From the IMG/VR virus record IMGVR_UViG_3300042549_005585, positions 15,815 through 79,814 of that record: a DNA stretch of 64,000 nt, one strand, 5' to 3'. Under the pieces are notes generated by a model. The model made no database searches. It was not told where the DNA came from and worked only from the letters and a program-made list of their open reading frames with translations. This DNA comes from a virus. Both the position numbers and the translations under genes were made by a program. Of this stretch, positions 48,301 through 58,004 are shown piece by piece (within the stretch, counting starts at the first letter, position 1; the number at the start of each line of letters is the position of its first letter).

Positions 48301-50701
48301 CTAAATAAGCATTGAATGAATCAACTTGGTCAACATATTTTTCAAGAACATATCCTTCAGAAACATACTCACTATTAATATTGAAGTTGATCCAAGAGTC
48401 ATTATAGGAGGAAGATGCACTGTTAATATAGATACTAGATGAACCTTGGAATCCTAAGTTTACACCATCGTACCCATCATACAATGAGTTTTTAGCATAT
48501 AACCAATATCTGTTGTCTTCAGTATTACTTGTTATAGATCCGGTCTCACGTTTAATCATTACGCTCCACCATCCCTTATCAAAGAATGGAAGTGTAATAG
48601 CACTACTTGTAGTGTAAACAGATGAAGTAGCATTATTAAATAAGAACAATTTTAAACTACCATATTCAGTATATGAACCTGTACTTGTATTAGGATTATA
48701 ATTTAATTGCACTCCAAACTTCATAGCACTACCTGATCCAACTTGGAATATAGATTGACTATAGTATGTACTATTAGGTGTACCTTCAGTTTTGAAACGG
48801 AATTCAATAGTGTCTGGTGTGATTAAATCATCAACATAGCCAGGTAAGGTATAGTTACTATTAACATAACTACCTACCCAATCATTGGCAAGTAATGGGG
48901 CCCATGGTAATTTTATGTTGTAAGAACCGGAAGTATAGAAAGAATACGCTGTTTTTTCCTTATAAACATTAGGATTAGTGGATGTTTTATCAGTTCCACC
49001 ATATTCATTTACAGAAAGTATTGAGTCAGGAATACCATATAAGTTAATTAAAGCACGAATTCCTTTCTCAGTTCCCTTAGATTTAAGTAAATAAGGTAAA
49101 TTATGATATAATCTCTTATAAATCTCAGATGTAATGTCAAAAGATGGTATTGTTTCATTAGAACCAGTAACATAGTCAGTAATTAATTCTGAACCAGTAG
49201 CAGGTAATAATGATCCTGATGGTGTTAGTCCAAGGTATGAGCTGTATAGATCATCATTAGTACTAGTATTAGTGTATAATTTAATACCAAATGATTGTAA
49301 AGCATCTGCAACTAAATCACTAGATAAACCATAATCAGTTCTATTATCAGTATTGTACTTATCAGTTATAGCTTTGATATATAACCATATCTCATCAAAT
49401 TGTTGACCCATCATAGAAACAAACGTCCATACGTTTGCGTTAGTGGCATCATCTTTGATGTATTGAGGTAATAGATTAAATAAATAATTTTCATTAGTTA
49501 AGTCATGAGTTGACGCACTAACAGATTGGCTAACATAGAAAGTAGATCCTTGAGAACTGCTCACTGAGTATAATAAGTAAGGAGCAGTTGAATTTATTTT
49601 AGGCCAAGCATATGAGCTAGACTCAAAATATAAGTAATATTCATATTCATCAAACTTAGTTATAATATTATCTAACAACGTTTGTGTTGTGACAACACTC
49701 GCTGTAGTGAATATTTGATTAGCTGATGAAGTAAGATTAGATAAAGTATTTAAGTCATTTTGGTATGACTCAATTAAACTTAACTTTGTTACAAAATTAT
49801 CTAAACGCTTTTGAGCGGATGAAAAATGAACAAAATTAGTGTAATTAGAAAAATCAATATTAATATTTGCTCCTTTAACATCTAAATAACTCTTAAGTTG
49901 TTGTACAGATGATGAAACAGGAGATGAAAATAATTCTGTATAGTTAAAATAAGGAGTAGCTTGACTAGCTTTCTCATTAACATCAATATTAAAATTAGGT
50001 CCTTTTAAAGGTACAAATGTAGTACCAATAGGTGCTTCTTCAATTGTACTAGTTACTTCAAAAGTAATAGGATCAGAGATTTTATCAACAACCCAAAAAG
50101 TATCTTTCTTACCGAATCGAGATGGTAAGGGTTCGTATAACTTAATTAATAAGTAAGATTGAATAGGATCTTCAACATATGCTACATTGATACCAATAAG
50201 ATTAATACCATCACCAAAGTTTAAAAGAAAATCTTGGTAGTATGCTTTAGAAACAAATAATGTATTAAATTCAAAGAATAACTGTTGTAATTCTAAATTT
50301 GATAAGTCGTTTCTATATACTTTTAATTCTGTTCTATCAGTAGAAATATCCTTGATCCAAAACAAGTTTTGTAAACCACTCTTAAATAATTTTCTAAATA
50401 CATTATAAGTGATTTGAACTTTACCTGTGGTGAAACCTTCACTCTTAACATCAAATTCAGGGTCGAATTTAATTGTAGTATATAAGTTAGTTTCAGGATC
50501 AGGATCAACTGTTCTAAAAGTATCTACGTCATATGTTGTAGTAAGTAAAACACCTTTAGAGTCAAAGATATTATACTCAACGTAATCTTCAGGTTGACCA
50601 AAATTACGAGATATATATACTGATTTTATCAGGTTCTCATCTTGTGGATTGTAGAGCTGATAAACGTAAGCGTCGTTGATATTTTTAATTGTAACTGCCA
50701 T
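45347..50701 (-). CDS. Large baseplate wedge protein (1784 aa)
   Basis: LLKSKGTEKGIRALINLYGI wedge-type motif, LamG-like beta region, IKDFVP.RA...GIVV. Confidence 0.65.
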   Translation of the reverse strand: MAVTIKNINDAYVYQLYNPQDENLIKSVYISRNFGQPEDYVEYNIFDSKGVLLTTTYDVDTFRTVDPDPETNLYTTIKFDPEFDVKSEGFTTGKVQITYNVFRKLFKSGLQNLFWIKDISTDRTELKVYRNDLSNLELQQLFFEFNTLFVSKAYYQDFLLNFGDGINLIGINVAYVEDPIQSYLLIKLYEPLPSRFGKKDTFWVVDKISDPITFEVTSTIEEAPIGTTFVPLKGPNFNIDVNEKASQATPYFNYTELFSSPVSSSVQQLKSYLDVKGANINIDFSNYTNFVHFSSAQKRLDNFVTKLSLIESYQNDLNTLSNLTSSANQIFTTASVVTTQTLLDNIITKFDEYEYYLYFESSSYAWPKINSTAPYLLYSVSSSQGSTFYVSQSVSASTHDLTNENYLFNLLPQYIKDDATNANVWTFVSMMGQQFDEIWLYIKAITDKYNTDNRTDYGLSSDLVADALQSFGIKLYTNTSTNDDLYSSYLGLTPSGSLLPATGSELITDYVTGSNETIPSFDITSEIYKRLYHNLPYLLKSKGTEKGIRALINLYGIPDSILSVNEYGGTDKTSTNPNVYKEKTAYSFYTSGSYNIKLPWAPLLANDWVGSYVNSNYTLPGYVDDLITPDTIEFRFKTEGTPNSTYYSQSIFQVGSGSAMKFGVQLNYNPNTSTGSYTEYGSLKLFLFNNATSSVYTTSSAITLPFFDKGWWSVMIKRETGSITSNTEDNRYWLYAKNSLYDGYDGVNLGFQGSSSIYINSASSSYNDSWINFNINSEYVSEGYVLEKYVDQVDSFNAYLGGTGNNNIISLNNTLFNGYFQEFRYWAEPLNESVFDIHVLNPSSYVGNTYSSSYSTLGFRLPLNSVYSNTVDVSHSIHPSYINNGLPISESFFDGDISWSYASTITNSFKKTNYYEIVSTPNAANRNVSDKIRIQSNPLISGSTLSLFTSTVKPTFEKNPNSHVVEVAFSPSNEVDRDIIDQLGYINLDNYIGDPRDNSKVSYPELTDLNDFYLKKYINRYNVQDFVRLIKYFDNSLFKLIKDFVPGRANVSTGIVVKPTILERSKIERHEPGVIPQYNSPSGSIEMETITGSNATGREYNTSYTASFTTPSGSKTYLVRNDNRELFNGDFGGTTLTVYTQSAGNIIFERNTLPSGSSEDIGNNYQLLPFQPLLNNVSGSRTTNKFTVVDYNGVSTRPTDFGYLLSWSFSGSTPEYDNSIFRADVQDSNYTTARIINPRYLGSKTTSARYNVYTKGDTSYGQTAAIDHYPVTFAYFNEAYITGSSLPGRTNVYITYLINILSDVVELNRQNKNLNDIQNIFKSGDNVVISLTDNQNPSNQKFLDGLKKTFAGGFKYAPILYNPTAPGQPTLTYTLTSSVSYIPTSSVSIGIFPATSASNELYIGSNPLTSSNLILGDDLGIADYRYHYISSSAARLTDLLTVFINYDIDVHVTGSFVATSTKTVTEWLGNPVLTSPLSASYIFNTTLRIPATVTEYTGSLRDLVVGAVYPEPFNRGELTISGSWRYTNEPGNYEYTASYYSGSTAIPPSASAIYDVTSSVYSNPPSSASLFVPIETNLNTVLTTQVVDTPLSKGFFLRDLNNKAIMSGSLSMSYWYGGFTQANSFTSSYTGVSGSTPVSYSLSGSYELIETPFLLTPGDMIRFYDVTTNTFPRAFEREVKSITVPRTDEVVRLGRRILVELNDVIPSNACEEAVVPGTTLENARLINRFIVLKKQPDETNVVLDYQKQDGRTSSGIIIPEFIPQELRDQAGNIVKELKAQNLIT

Positions 50702-50702
50702 A

Positions 50703-51041
50703 TTATACTGCTGCTAATAGATCTGCTATTGTCTGGTTAGCGTTGTTTACTTCTTGTCTTAATTGGTTAATTTCAGCTAATAAAGCTTGTACTTCAGATG
50801 ATTGTTGTAAAGCACCAACATAGTCTGTACTTTTTTGAATCAAATATTTGTGTGAGTTTACATTACCATCAATTGGTATTTGATAAAATAGATCATCATA
50901 AGCTATAAAAAAATCTTCAACTGAGACAGTAGGGGCATCAATAGGAGCAGGGACAACAAACTGGCGAAAGTTAGTGTCAATAACTCTAGGATATGTCCCT
51001 TTACCAAATACTTGCCTAGCTAATTTAACATTATTGGCCAT
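50703..51041 (-). CDS. Small baseplate-module protein
   Basis: Synteny; C-terminal coiled coil. Confidence 0.55.
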   Translation of the reverse strand: MANNVKLARQVFGKGTYPRVIDTNFRQFVVPAPIDAPTVSVEDFFIAYDDLFYQIPIDGNVNSHKYLIQKSTDYVGALQQSSEVQALLAEINQLRQEVNNANQTIADLLAAV

Positions 51042-52159
51042 TACTTAACTATTTTAAAATAATTCTCATCATCTATAATAACAGTTTCAGTATCACTTAA
51101 TACTGATTTAATTATTATTTTATAATATCTTTCTGGTTCTAAACCATTCATATACACATCAAAATAGTTACTTGTTATGTCAGCACTTATTTTGGTGTAA
51201 TTATTATCAAAGTCAATAACTATCTCATTTGTCTTATTGTCTACAATAGACCAATATGAAGATGTAGGTAGATATTTGTTATTTAAATATACGGAAGATG
51301 TACTGAATGTCCTAGTAGGGAACTGATCTCTGTTGTAAACTCTAAAACGTTGTTTTGAGTTCATATTGTAAGTACCTTTATTATTAGATAAAGATGATAC
51401 AAAGGTACTATTAGTTAATGTGCTACCTGATCCAATACTATATGTTGAATCATCCCATCTAATTTCCAATTCTGGGGGATAGATAGTATGAGTATCCATT
51501 GAGAAATAAGCTGTAGAGAAAAATGAAGATGTACTAAATTCAATAGCAGTGTCTTGTTTAACTATAAATCCACTATTAACTATAGTGCCTGTTCGCCACA
51601 ATGCAACAGCGTTAGTGACGTCAATACTTAAATCTTTATTAGTTGTATAAGTGAATGATTGAGAAGCTTCTAAATTAGTACCTCCTGAACCTGTATACCA
51701 GTTACCACCTCCAACTACTGAGCCATATGAAGCTGTTACTCCTGCTGTTGATGGAGATGTTGGCCAAGATGTAGCACTGTTAGCATTATCTCTATATCTC
51801 CAACTTACACCATTAGTTGTAATAGGTGAATCACTTCTTCTACCTGTACCCATGTTCCATGCTCCTGAAACAGGATAAGCATAAACATTGTAATTAGTAG
51901 GTACATTAGAACCGTTAGCTAAAAATAATTTTAAATATGCTTTATATGATCCTGTAACACTGTTATTAATCAAGTTATTTATTTCGCTTGATGGGAACTG
52001 TACTAAAGCACGAGCGGCTTGTGGATTCTCACCTAAGCCCTGTATATTTAAAGAGTTAAATGAAGATATGTCTAATATTTCATCCCTACCTGTGTTTTGA
52101 GTAGGTGCGTCAGAGTAAATCGTAGCGTCTTTTTCAGAAAATATTTTGTAAACGGCCAT
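51041..52159 (-). CDS. Virion protein with DNRLRE-like beta-sandwich domain
   Basis: KDATIYS...NTG.DE, RALVQF, W..G.G..VSW, IDVT..V..W, P.LEI. Confidence 0.6.
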   Translation of the reverse strand: MAVYKIFSEKDATIYSDAPTQNTGRDEILDISSFNSLNIQGLGENPQAARALVQFPSSEINNLINNSVTGSYKAYLKLFLANGSNVPTNYNVYAYPVSGAWNMGTGRRSDSPITTNGVSWRYRDNANSATSWPTSPSTAGVTASYGSVVGGGNWYTGSGGTNLEASQSFTYTTNKDLSIDVTNAVALWRTGTIVNSGFIVKQDTAIEFSTSSFFSTAYFSMDTHTIYPPELEIRWDDSTYSIGSGSTLTNSTFVSSLSNNKGTYNMNSKQRFRVYNRDQFPTRTFSTSSVYLNNKYLPTSSYWSIVDNKTNEIVIDFDNNYTKISADITSNYFDVYMNGLEPERYYKIIIKSVLSDTETVIIDDENYFKIVK

Positions 52160-52201
52160 AATTAAGAGTATTCTAAATATAAATATAAATTAGTTGGACT
52201 C

Positions 52202-54067
52202 TTAGTATGTAACTACTCTACCTTGTATGTCGGTATCTGGGTATTTTATTTCAAAAATTGACGGGTCTAGCGATGGATATACTACATTTTTTAATGTAGC
52301 GCCGTTAATATCATAAGAATATTGTGAATAACCAGCGCCTTCACCAACTAAGTTATTAACACGTACGTTTTGTACTAATTGTACACCATCAATTGTATCT
52401 AATAAACTATATACTTCACCTAATATAATTGGTTGGTTAACTTGCCATTTACTAATATCAAAATATGATTTTAATGCGTCTATACAATTAGCTAACACTG
52501 TTCTATTAACGTAGTTAGGTCTTACAACAATATCAAAATCAAGACCAATATTAATAATGAATGCGTCTTTAATTAAAACTTCATCACTTAACATTCTATA
52601 TTGTGATAGGTATGTTCTTAAATTTTCTTTAAGAGCAGGTGAGGCTGGTGTTAATTGATTGTTAATATTATAACTTAACAAGTATAATGACAATGATAAA
52701 GGATCTGTATTACCACCTGATTGTAAATCTTGAGTTACATATGCTTTAGATATAACACCATACTTTGAAGGTAAACTTAAAGCTCTAATTAAGTAGTCAT
52801 CTTTAGTCACAGCACGCAATTGTGTTGGGAATTGAGAAATAGTATTAAATCTTAATTCATTTACATCATCTCCATCTCCACCTCCTGTAGCGGCTGATGG
52901 GTTAGTAAAGGCAAGAGATGCTTCTACTTGGCCAGATAATGTAGAATTTAAATTAGTACCAACAAATGAAGTTGTCACGTTTCTTGGTACAGTTAATGTG
53001 TTAGCTGATGTATTTGAAACAGCACCGCCTCCAACTAAATAATTAACAGTTAATGTTGTATTTGAAGGAGCAATACCATAAGCATCACTTACTAAGAAGT
53101 TAGAAGGATCAAAAGCAGTAGTTAATTTATTGTTACTACCGTAAATTCCTATACCAACATTACTTTGATCAGGTACAATTTCTTTATTATCATTTGTAGA
53201 TAAACCTGCTCCAAACTGTAATTCTAACTGATTAGATGAATTAAAGCGTGTTACAAAACGTTTACTGGTTTGGGTTAGTCTTAATAAATAACTAACATTA
53301 TTGTTATATTGAGATAAATTAGGATCGTTTGCACCTGTATTTTGAACTTCATCATAAATTGTAGATTGAGCTAAATAAGGTACTTCATACCAAGTATCAC
53401 TATCATCATCTGTTACACTTGTAATCTCAATAATATTAGTATCTGCTACAATTACTGTAGGAAAACTAGCAGGAGCACCAAATGTAAAAGTAGTTGATTT
53501 AGGTGTACCTGAAATAGCTTCAACTGATTTTTTCAATAGGTAAAAAGTAGGAACGTTATTATTGTCTACACTATAAATTGAAGCAGATGTAGGACTATAT
53601 GAACCAGATAATGAAAAATCTACTTTATCTTTAATATAGAACACAACATCAGAGTTAGCATTAGATTGAAGTTGACTTCCTTCTTGTATAATTAATGAAT
53701 AATCAAAATCAGGAGTAACAACTGAGCCTGATGTTTTAGCAGGTACAATTTGGTAAATGTCTACATCAGTAACAGCGGCGTTAGTCACTTTTGGTTTATA
53801 ACCAAACATATAAGCTAAAGTATATAAATTATTTCTTTGTTTAGCATATTGTAAAAAGTTCTCTTGTATTTGGCTATCAACATAATAAGATAAAACGTCA
53901 CCAACATACGATGCCATTTCAATAAGCATAGTACCTGGTGAGGCTGCTGAGAAGTCATTGTAAGTACTAGGATAGTAAGTCTTAGCAAAGTCTACCAATG
54001 CTTGTCTAAATGTATTAAAATCTTTATTTAAATACGTTACTGATTTATTGCTATTGACTGTTGCCAT
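52202..54067 (-). CDS. Baseplate wedge protein, T4 gp6/J-like
   Basis: DF...L......YNDF, YVGDVLSYY.D, GGGDG, QLRAVTKDDY. Confidence 0.85.
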   Translation of the reverse strand: MATVNSNKSVTYLNKDFNTFRQALVDFAKTYYPSTYNDFSAASPGTMLIEMASYVGDVLSYYVDSQIQENFLQYAKQRNNLYTLAYMFGYKPKVTNAAVTDVDIYQIVPAKTSGSVVTPDFDYSLIIQEGSQLQSNANSDVVFYIKDKVDFSLSGSYSPTSASIYSVDNNNVPTFYLLKKSVEAISGTPKSTTFTFGAPASFPTVIVADTNIIEITSVTDDDSDTWYEVPYLAQSTIYDEVQNTGANDPNLSQYNNNVSYLLRLTQTSKRFVTRFNSSNQLELQFGAGLSTNDNKEIVPDQSNVGIGIYGSNNKLTTAFDPSNFLVSDAYGIAPSNTTLTVNYLVGGGAVSNTSANTLTVPRNVTTSFVGTNLNSTLSGQVEASLAFTNPSAATGGGDGDDVNELRFNTISQFPTQLRAVTKDDYLIRALSLPSKYGVISKAYVTQDLQSGGNTDPLSLSLYLLSYNINNQLTPASPALKENLRTYLSQYRMLSDEVLIKDAFIINIGLDFDIVVRPNYVNRTVLANCIDALKSYFDISKWQVNQPIILGEVYSLLDTIDGVQLVQNVRVNNLVGEGAGYSQYSYDINGATLKNVVYPSLDPSIFEIKYPDTDIQGRVVTY

Positions 54068-54473
54068 TATTAAATTCTAGTGTTAAAGTATCGGTTAAGT
54101 TAAGGTTCGGAACGGTATATTTTATAATTACATTTATAAGATAAGCATCAATAGATTGTAATACATCAATGTTATCTATAACTACATTAGGGAAGTAAGT
54201 ATTTAAACTATCTTGTAGTGAAGATTTTATTTCACTAATAGTTAAATCATCATTTGCTTCAAATAAGAATTGTCTAAGATTAGCTCCAAAATTAGGTTGG
54301 AACGGTCTTTCTCTTTGAGCAGTAGATAAAAAGTTAAGTATATTATTTCGGAATTGATCCTTAGTAGTATAATTAAGATTGAATCCAATTGGACCATTAA
54401 AAGGTAAAGATAATCCAATACCTGTACTAGGTTTCAGATCTAATGGATTAATATTTTTAATTATACGTGCCAT
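54051..54473 (-). CDS. Baseplate protein, T4 gp25-like
   Basis: N.LST..RERPFQPNFGANL..FLFE. Confidence 0.85.
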   Translation of the reverse strand: MARIIKNINPLDLKPSTGIGLSLPFNGPIGFNLNYTTKDQFRNNILNFLSTAQRERPFQPNFGANLRQFLFEANDDLTISEIKSSLQDSLNTYFPNVVIDNIDVLQSIDAYLINVIIKYTVPNLNLTDTLTLEFNNGNSQ

Positions 54474-54937
54474 TATATTTTACCGTTTTCTTTAAATTTA
54501 CCCATTATAGCTGAGAAGTCAGGTACAGCGTTGATTTGCACTGCATTGATATCAGAAGTAGGAGCAGATGACGCTAACATACCTTCTACAGATTCAACTA
54601 CAGGCACTGCTTGAGGCATACTGCTACGCATCATACCAGCAAAGTTAGGAGCCATACTAGCATCGGCATCAACTACTGTTCTGTAGTCATCTCCTGTCAT
54701 ACTCATAGCAGTTTCGTTAAGAATACTAGCTAATAACGGATTTTTCACGTCAGGTACAGGAATATTCCTTTTAGGTTGTGTTTTTGGCGGTAAAATACTA
54801 GAAAGCGTTGAAGAAGCACGTTTAGTTTGTGTTGGTTGTTTAACCTCATTTAACGTTTCTAGTCTACTATCTAACGCGATCTCTATTTCTTCACGTATAA
54901 TTTTACGTAATTCTTTTAAAAATTCTGCACTTTTCAT
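54473..54937 (-). CDS. Hypothetical protein with LRKIIREEI leader
   Basis: Own late-promoter motif; ILNETA site. Confidence 0.55.
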   Translation of the reverse strand: MKSAEFLKELRKIIREEIEIALDSRLETLNEVKQPTQTKRASSTLSSILPPKTQPKRNIPVPDVKNPLLASILNETAMSMTGDDYRTVVDADASMAPNFAGMMRSSMPQAVPVVESVEGMLASSAPTSDINAVQINAVPDFSAIMGKFKENGKI

Positions 54938-54950
54938 ATATATAAATATT

Positions 54951-57047
54951 TTATACTAAATTCTCGATGCTATATCCTTTATTTTTTAACAAATCTGTTA
55001 TTTCTGCCTTAGTATATCCAATATTAAGCAATGTTTTAACAATTCTGTCACGTTGTGTTGTATTAATAGCTAACTTCTTAGTTGTTGTTGTTAATACACT
55101 CTTTAATGCTGGTATTTGTATTAATTGATTTTTAATATCAGCCATGGCGCTATTTTGAGTATTGTAGTTATTAGCTTGTGATACAACACCTGCTCCTAAA
55201 TTACTTATTTGTCCTTCAACATCTGATGGATTGCTACCACTTTGTTCACCTAATTTACCTACATTAATTCTAAAAATAAGTTCATTAAATATTACTTCAA
55301 TATTAGTAGCGAATGTTGGGTCAGTAGATGTGACTAATATACTCTTTCTATCTAAAGCAATACCGTATCGTCTTTTTAAAGTGATACCATTATCTACTAT
55401 TTCCTCAACAATTATTTTTAAAGTTAAACCTTTATAATATCGGATTAAACTATTTAATTCTGTTTGATTTCTTTTATCTCTTTGTAAACGATTAATAATA
55501 TCAAGTAAGTCTTGACGTTTTAAATTATTTAAATTATTAACATTACGATCACCGGTTTGTCCTAAGGTACTATTCTTATTTAGATTTCCCAAACCTATTC
55601 TATTTAACCTATCTAAGTCATTAAGACTATATCCACCATTATCAAATGATAAACCATTACCTCCACCAGGAATAGTTGTTGGTGTTAAAGTTCCTCCTAT
55701 ACCATTTCCCGCTAGTCCATCAGTATTAGTTTTGATACCATTTAAATCATTAGCTCCAGGATCTAATAGAGCATTACTATTATTAAAACCAAATTGACCT
55801 AATAGTACTTCATTTAAGGATTTTCCTGGGTTTCGGTCTAGTAAGATTTGAAGTACAGGATTTTGATTATTAAACTGATTATCGTTAAGTAAAATATTTT
55901 TTATTAAAGCGTCTGAAGCACTTGTGTTTCCTCCTAAGTCATTAAATCTTTGATTTAAAGCGTCATTGATGCCTGGGTCTGTGTTTCCCGCTGTGAAATC
56001 AAATATAGCGGAATCAATGTCTCTTAGATTTCCTAATAGAGATGCTATAGTATTTCTAAAATCTACTAATAAATTAGACACACTTAAATCACTACAATTT
56101 TGAAGTTGATTTATTATATCAAGTAAAATAGATATTATCTTACTTAAGAAGTTTTGTATAGAGGTTAAAATACCTATAACTAAAGCTAGACCATTATCAA
56201 TTTCAGTTAATACTGCTGTGAGTGGATCTAGGATATTTTTCTGAATAGTTTTAAGTATTTTTTCAAAACCTAGTACTATACCAGCGGTTAAAAACATTGT
56301 AGGTAAAACAGCAGTAACAGCATATATAGCTAAAATTACTCCATTAATAACACTAACTATAGTTTTTAATAAATTAACTATGTTTTTAATTGATTGTAAA
56401 AAGTTAATTATGACTTGTATAACATTAGATATACCACGTAGTAAATTTAATAATAAAGTTAAAAAAGGAATTAACTTAGCTGGGTCAATAAACTTTTGTA
56501 GTTTACTTAAATCTAATTTGATATTCAATAAACCTAATAGATCAGCTGGGCTGGCAATACTAGCTACTGCTTGTAAAGTACCTCTAATACTCTTAATTAG
56601 ATTAATAACAGTATTGATACTTCTAGGAGTTAGATTTTTAGAATCAGTAAATGGAGTTAATTTATCAGCAGCGGCTTTAAATAGATTATTAATCTTAGGT
56701 CCTTGAGGAATAACATTAGATTCAATTGTAGGAATTGAATTTAAACTATTAACTACATCTTGTATTTGTTTAGCTTGAATTAATGGAGTAGTTAATGGAT
56801 ATGTTTTTTCAAATGTGTTTATAAAATTATCAAGTGTACGAGCTAATGTTTTTACATCATTAATAGTTTTATTATTACTAATAGCGGCTGTTCCTACTTG
56901 GTTAGCAATATATTCTAATATATTACATAAATCAATATCTTTAATTTCATTAACATTTTTATATACTTTATTAATAGTTTTGTTAAGGTTAGCCTCAGCA
57001 TCAACAATGCCCTTAAAGATAGTTTGTGATAATTTAGCGAATGCCAT
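54951..57047 (-). CDS. Long amphipathic/hydrophobic helical virion protein
   Basis: Extended I/L-rich helices with a TM-like hairpin; adjacent to hub genes. Confidence 0.5.
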   Translation of the reverse strand: MAFAKLSQTIFKGIVDAEANLNKTINKVYKNVNEIKDIDLCNILEYIANQVGTAAISNNKTINDVKTLARTLDNFINTFEKTYPLTTPLIQAKQIQDVVNSLNSIPTIESNVIPQGPKINNLFKAAADKLTPFTDSKNLTPRSINTVINLIKSIRGTLQAVASIASPADLLGLLNIKLDLSKLQKFIDPAKLIPFLTLLLNLLRGISNVIQVIINFLQSIKNIVNLLKTIVSVINGVILAIYAVTAVLPTMFLTAGIVLGFEKILKTIQKNILDPLTAVLTEIDNGLALVIGILTSIQNFLSKIISILLDIINQLQNCSDLSVSNLLVDFRNTIASLLGNLRDIDSAIFDFTAGNTDPGINDALNQRFNDLGGNTSASDALIKNILLNDNQFNNQNPVLQILLDRNPGKSLNEVLLGQFGFNNSNALLDPGANDLNGIKTNTDGLAGNGIGGTLTPTTIPGGGNGLSFDNGGYSLNDLDRLNRIGLGNLNKNSTLGQTGDRNVNNLNNLKRQDLLDIINRLQRDKRNQTELNSLIRYYKGLTLKIIVEEIVDNGITLKRRYGIALDRKSILVTSTDPTFATNIEVIFNELIFRINVGKLGEQSGSNPSDVEGQISNLGAGVVSQANNYNTQNSAMADIKNQLIQIPALKSVLTTTTKKLAINTTQRDRIVKTLLNIGYTKAEITDLLKNKGYSIENLV

Positions 57048-57067
57048 ACTTTAATAAATAATATTTT

Positions 57068-57994
57068 TTATAATTCTTCAGTTTGTGATGGTTGTGGATT
57101 ACCTGTATTTCTATCTAGTGTATCTTTTGATCCTGGAGAAAAATTACGTGGTTGTGGTTCATCATTAGCTCCTATGCCTTTACCTTCTGCGTTTTCAAAT
57201 CTATCAGATTTATCTTTTCTATCTTGTTGGTCTGCTCTATTTTGTTGATCACCTTTACTAGTGTAACCTCCTTCTGAATTCCCTGGGGTTGATTGGGATG
57301 GTTCTTGTACTTCTTCAGTTACTGATGGGGCAACAGTAGTGACAATATTTTTACCTACAAACACAACATTAGATTTTAGATCTGTTTTTATTGTGTTTAA
57401 TTCTTCTAATTTTTTTACTAAACGTCCTGCTTGTATGTTTACACCTTGGAAAGGACTATTATTGCCTGTGTTGAATACTTTTTCTAATTCTTTAGCTAAA
57501 TCACTAAGACCAGTTGATAATTTATCTAGATATTCTATTAATGGTTCGCCTAAAGCAACAGACGCTTTATCACCTAATCCTAATTCAATTCTAGGGCTAT
57601 TAACAATATATTTTAAACGACTATCAAAATTTAAAGTACCATCTGATGACAATGCTATAGATCTTTTACCAAATAACATTGTTGAATCAAACTTAGAGTT
57701 AAGTAAAACTCTGCCAGAATTTAGTATTAATTGATCACTTAAATATGGAAATGCGGGGACATAGTCAGAACTAAAGTCTTCAAATTGAAGTATTCTTCCT
57801 CCTGGACCCCTAGTAGCGTTAGGGTCAACATTAGGCGAACCTACATCACCCCCAGCTTGAGCGGCGGCGGCATCTGCTTCAGCCATAGCAGCATTAGTCT
57901 GCGAGTTAGCTTGAGAATCTGCTTGACTACTTGCCTGATTAGCGGCGGTAGTGGCGGATGCTGCGGTTTTTTCTGCTTTTTTCTTACCTGACAT
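57068..57994 (-). CDS. Baseplate spike-like beta-helix protein
   Basis: QLILNSGRVLLNS...IALSS..LNFD...IELG beta-strand repeats. Confidence 0.5.
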   Translation of the reverse strand: MSGKKKAEKTAASATTAANQASSQADSQANSQTNAAMAEADAAAAQAGGDVGSPNVDPNATRGPGGRILQFEDFSSDYVPAFPYLSDQLILNSGRVLLNSKFDSTMLFGKRSIALSSDGTLNFDSRLKYIVNSPRIELGLGDKASVALGEPLIEYLDKLSTGLSDLAKELEKVFNTGNNSPFQGVNIQAGRLVKKLEELNTIKTDLKSNVVFVGKNIVTTVAPSVTEEVQEPSQSTPGNSEGGYTSKGDQQNRADQQDRKDKSDRFENAEGKGIGANDEPQPRNFSPGSKDTLDRNTGNPQPSQTEEL

Positions 57995-58004
57995 TGTTTA
58001 ATTT

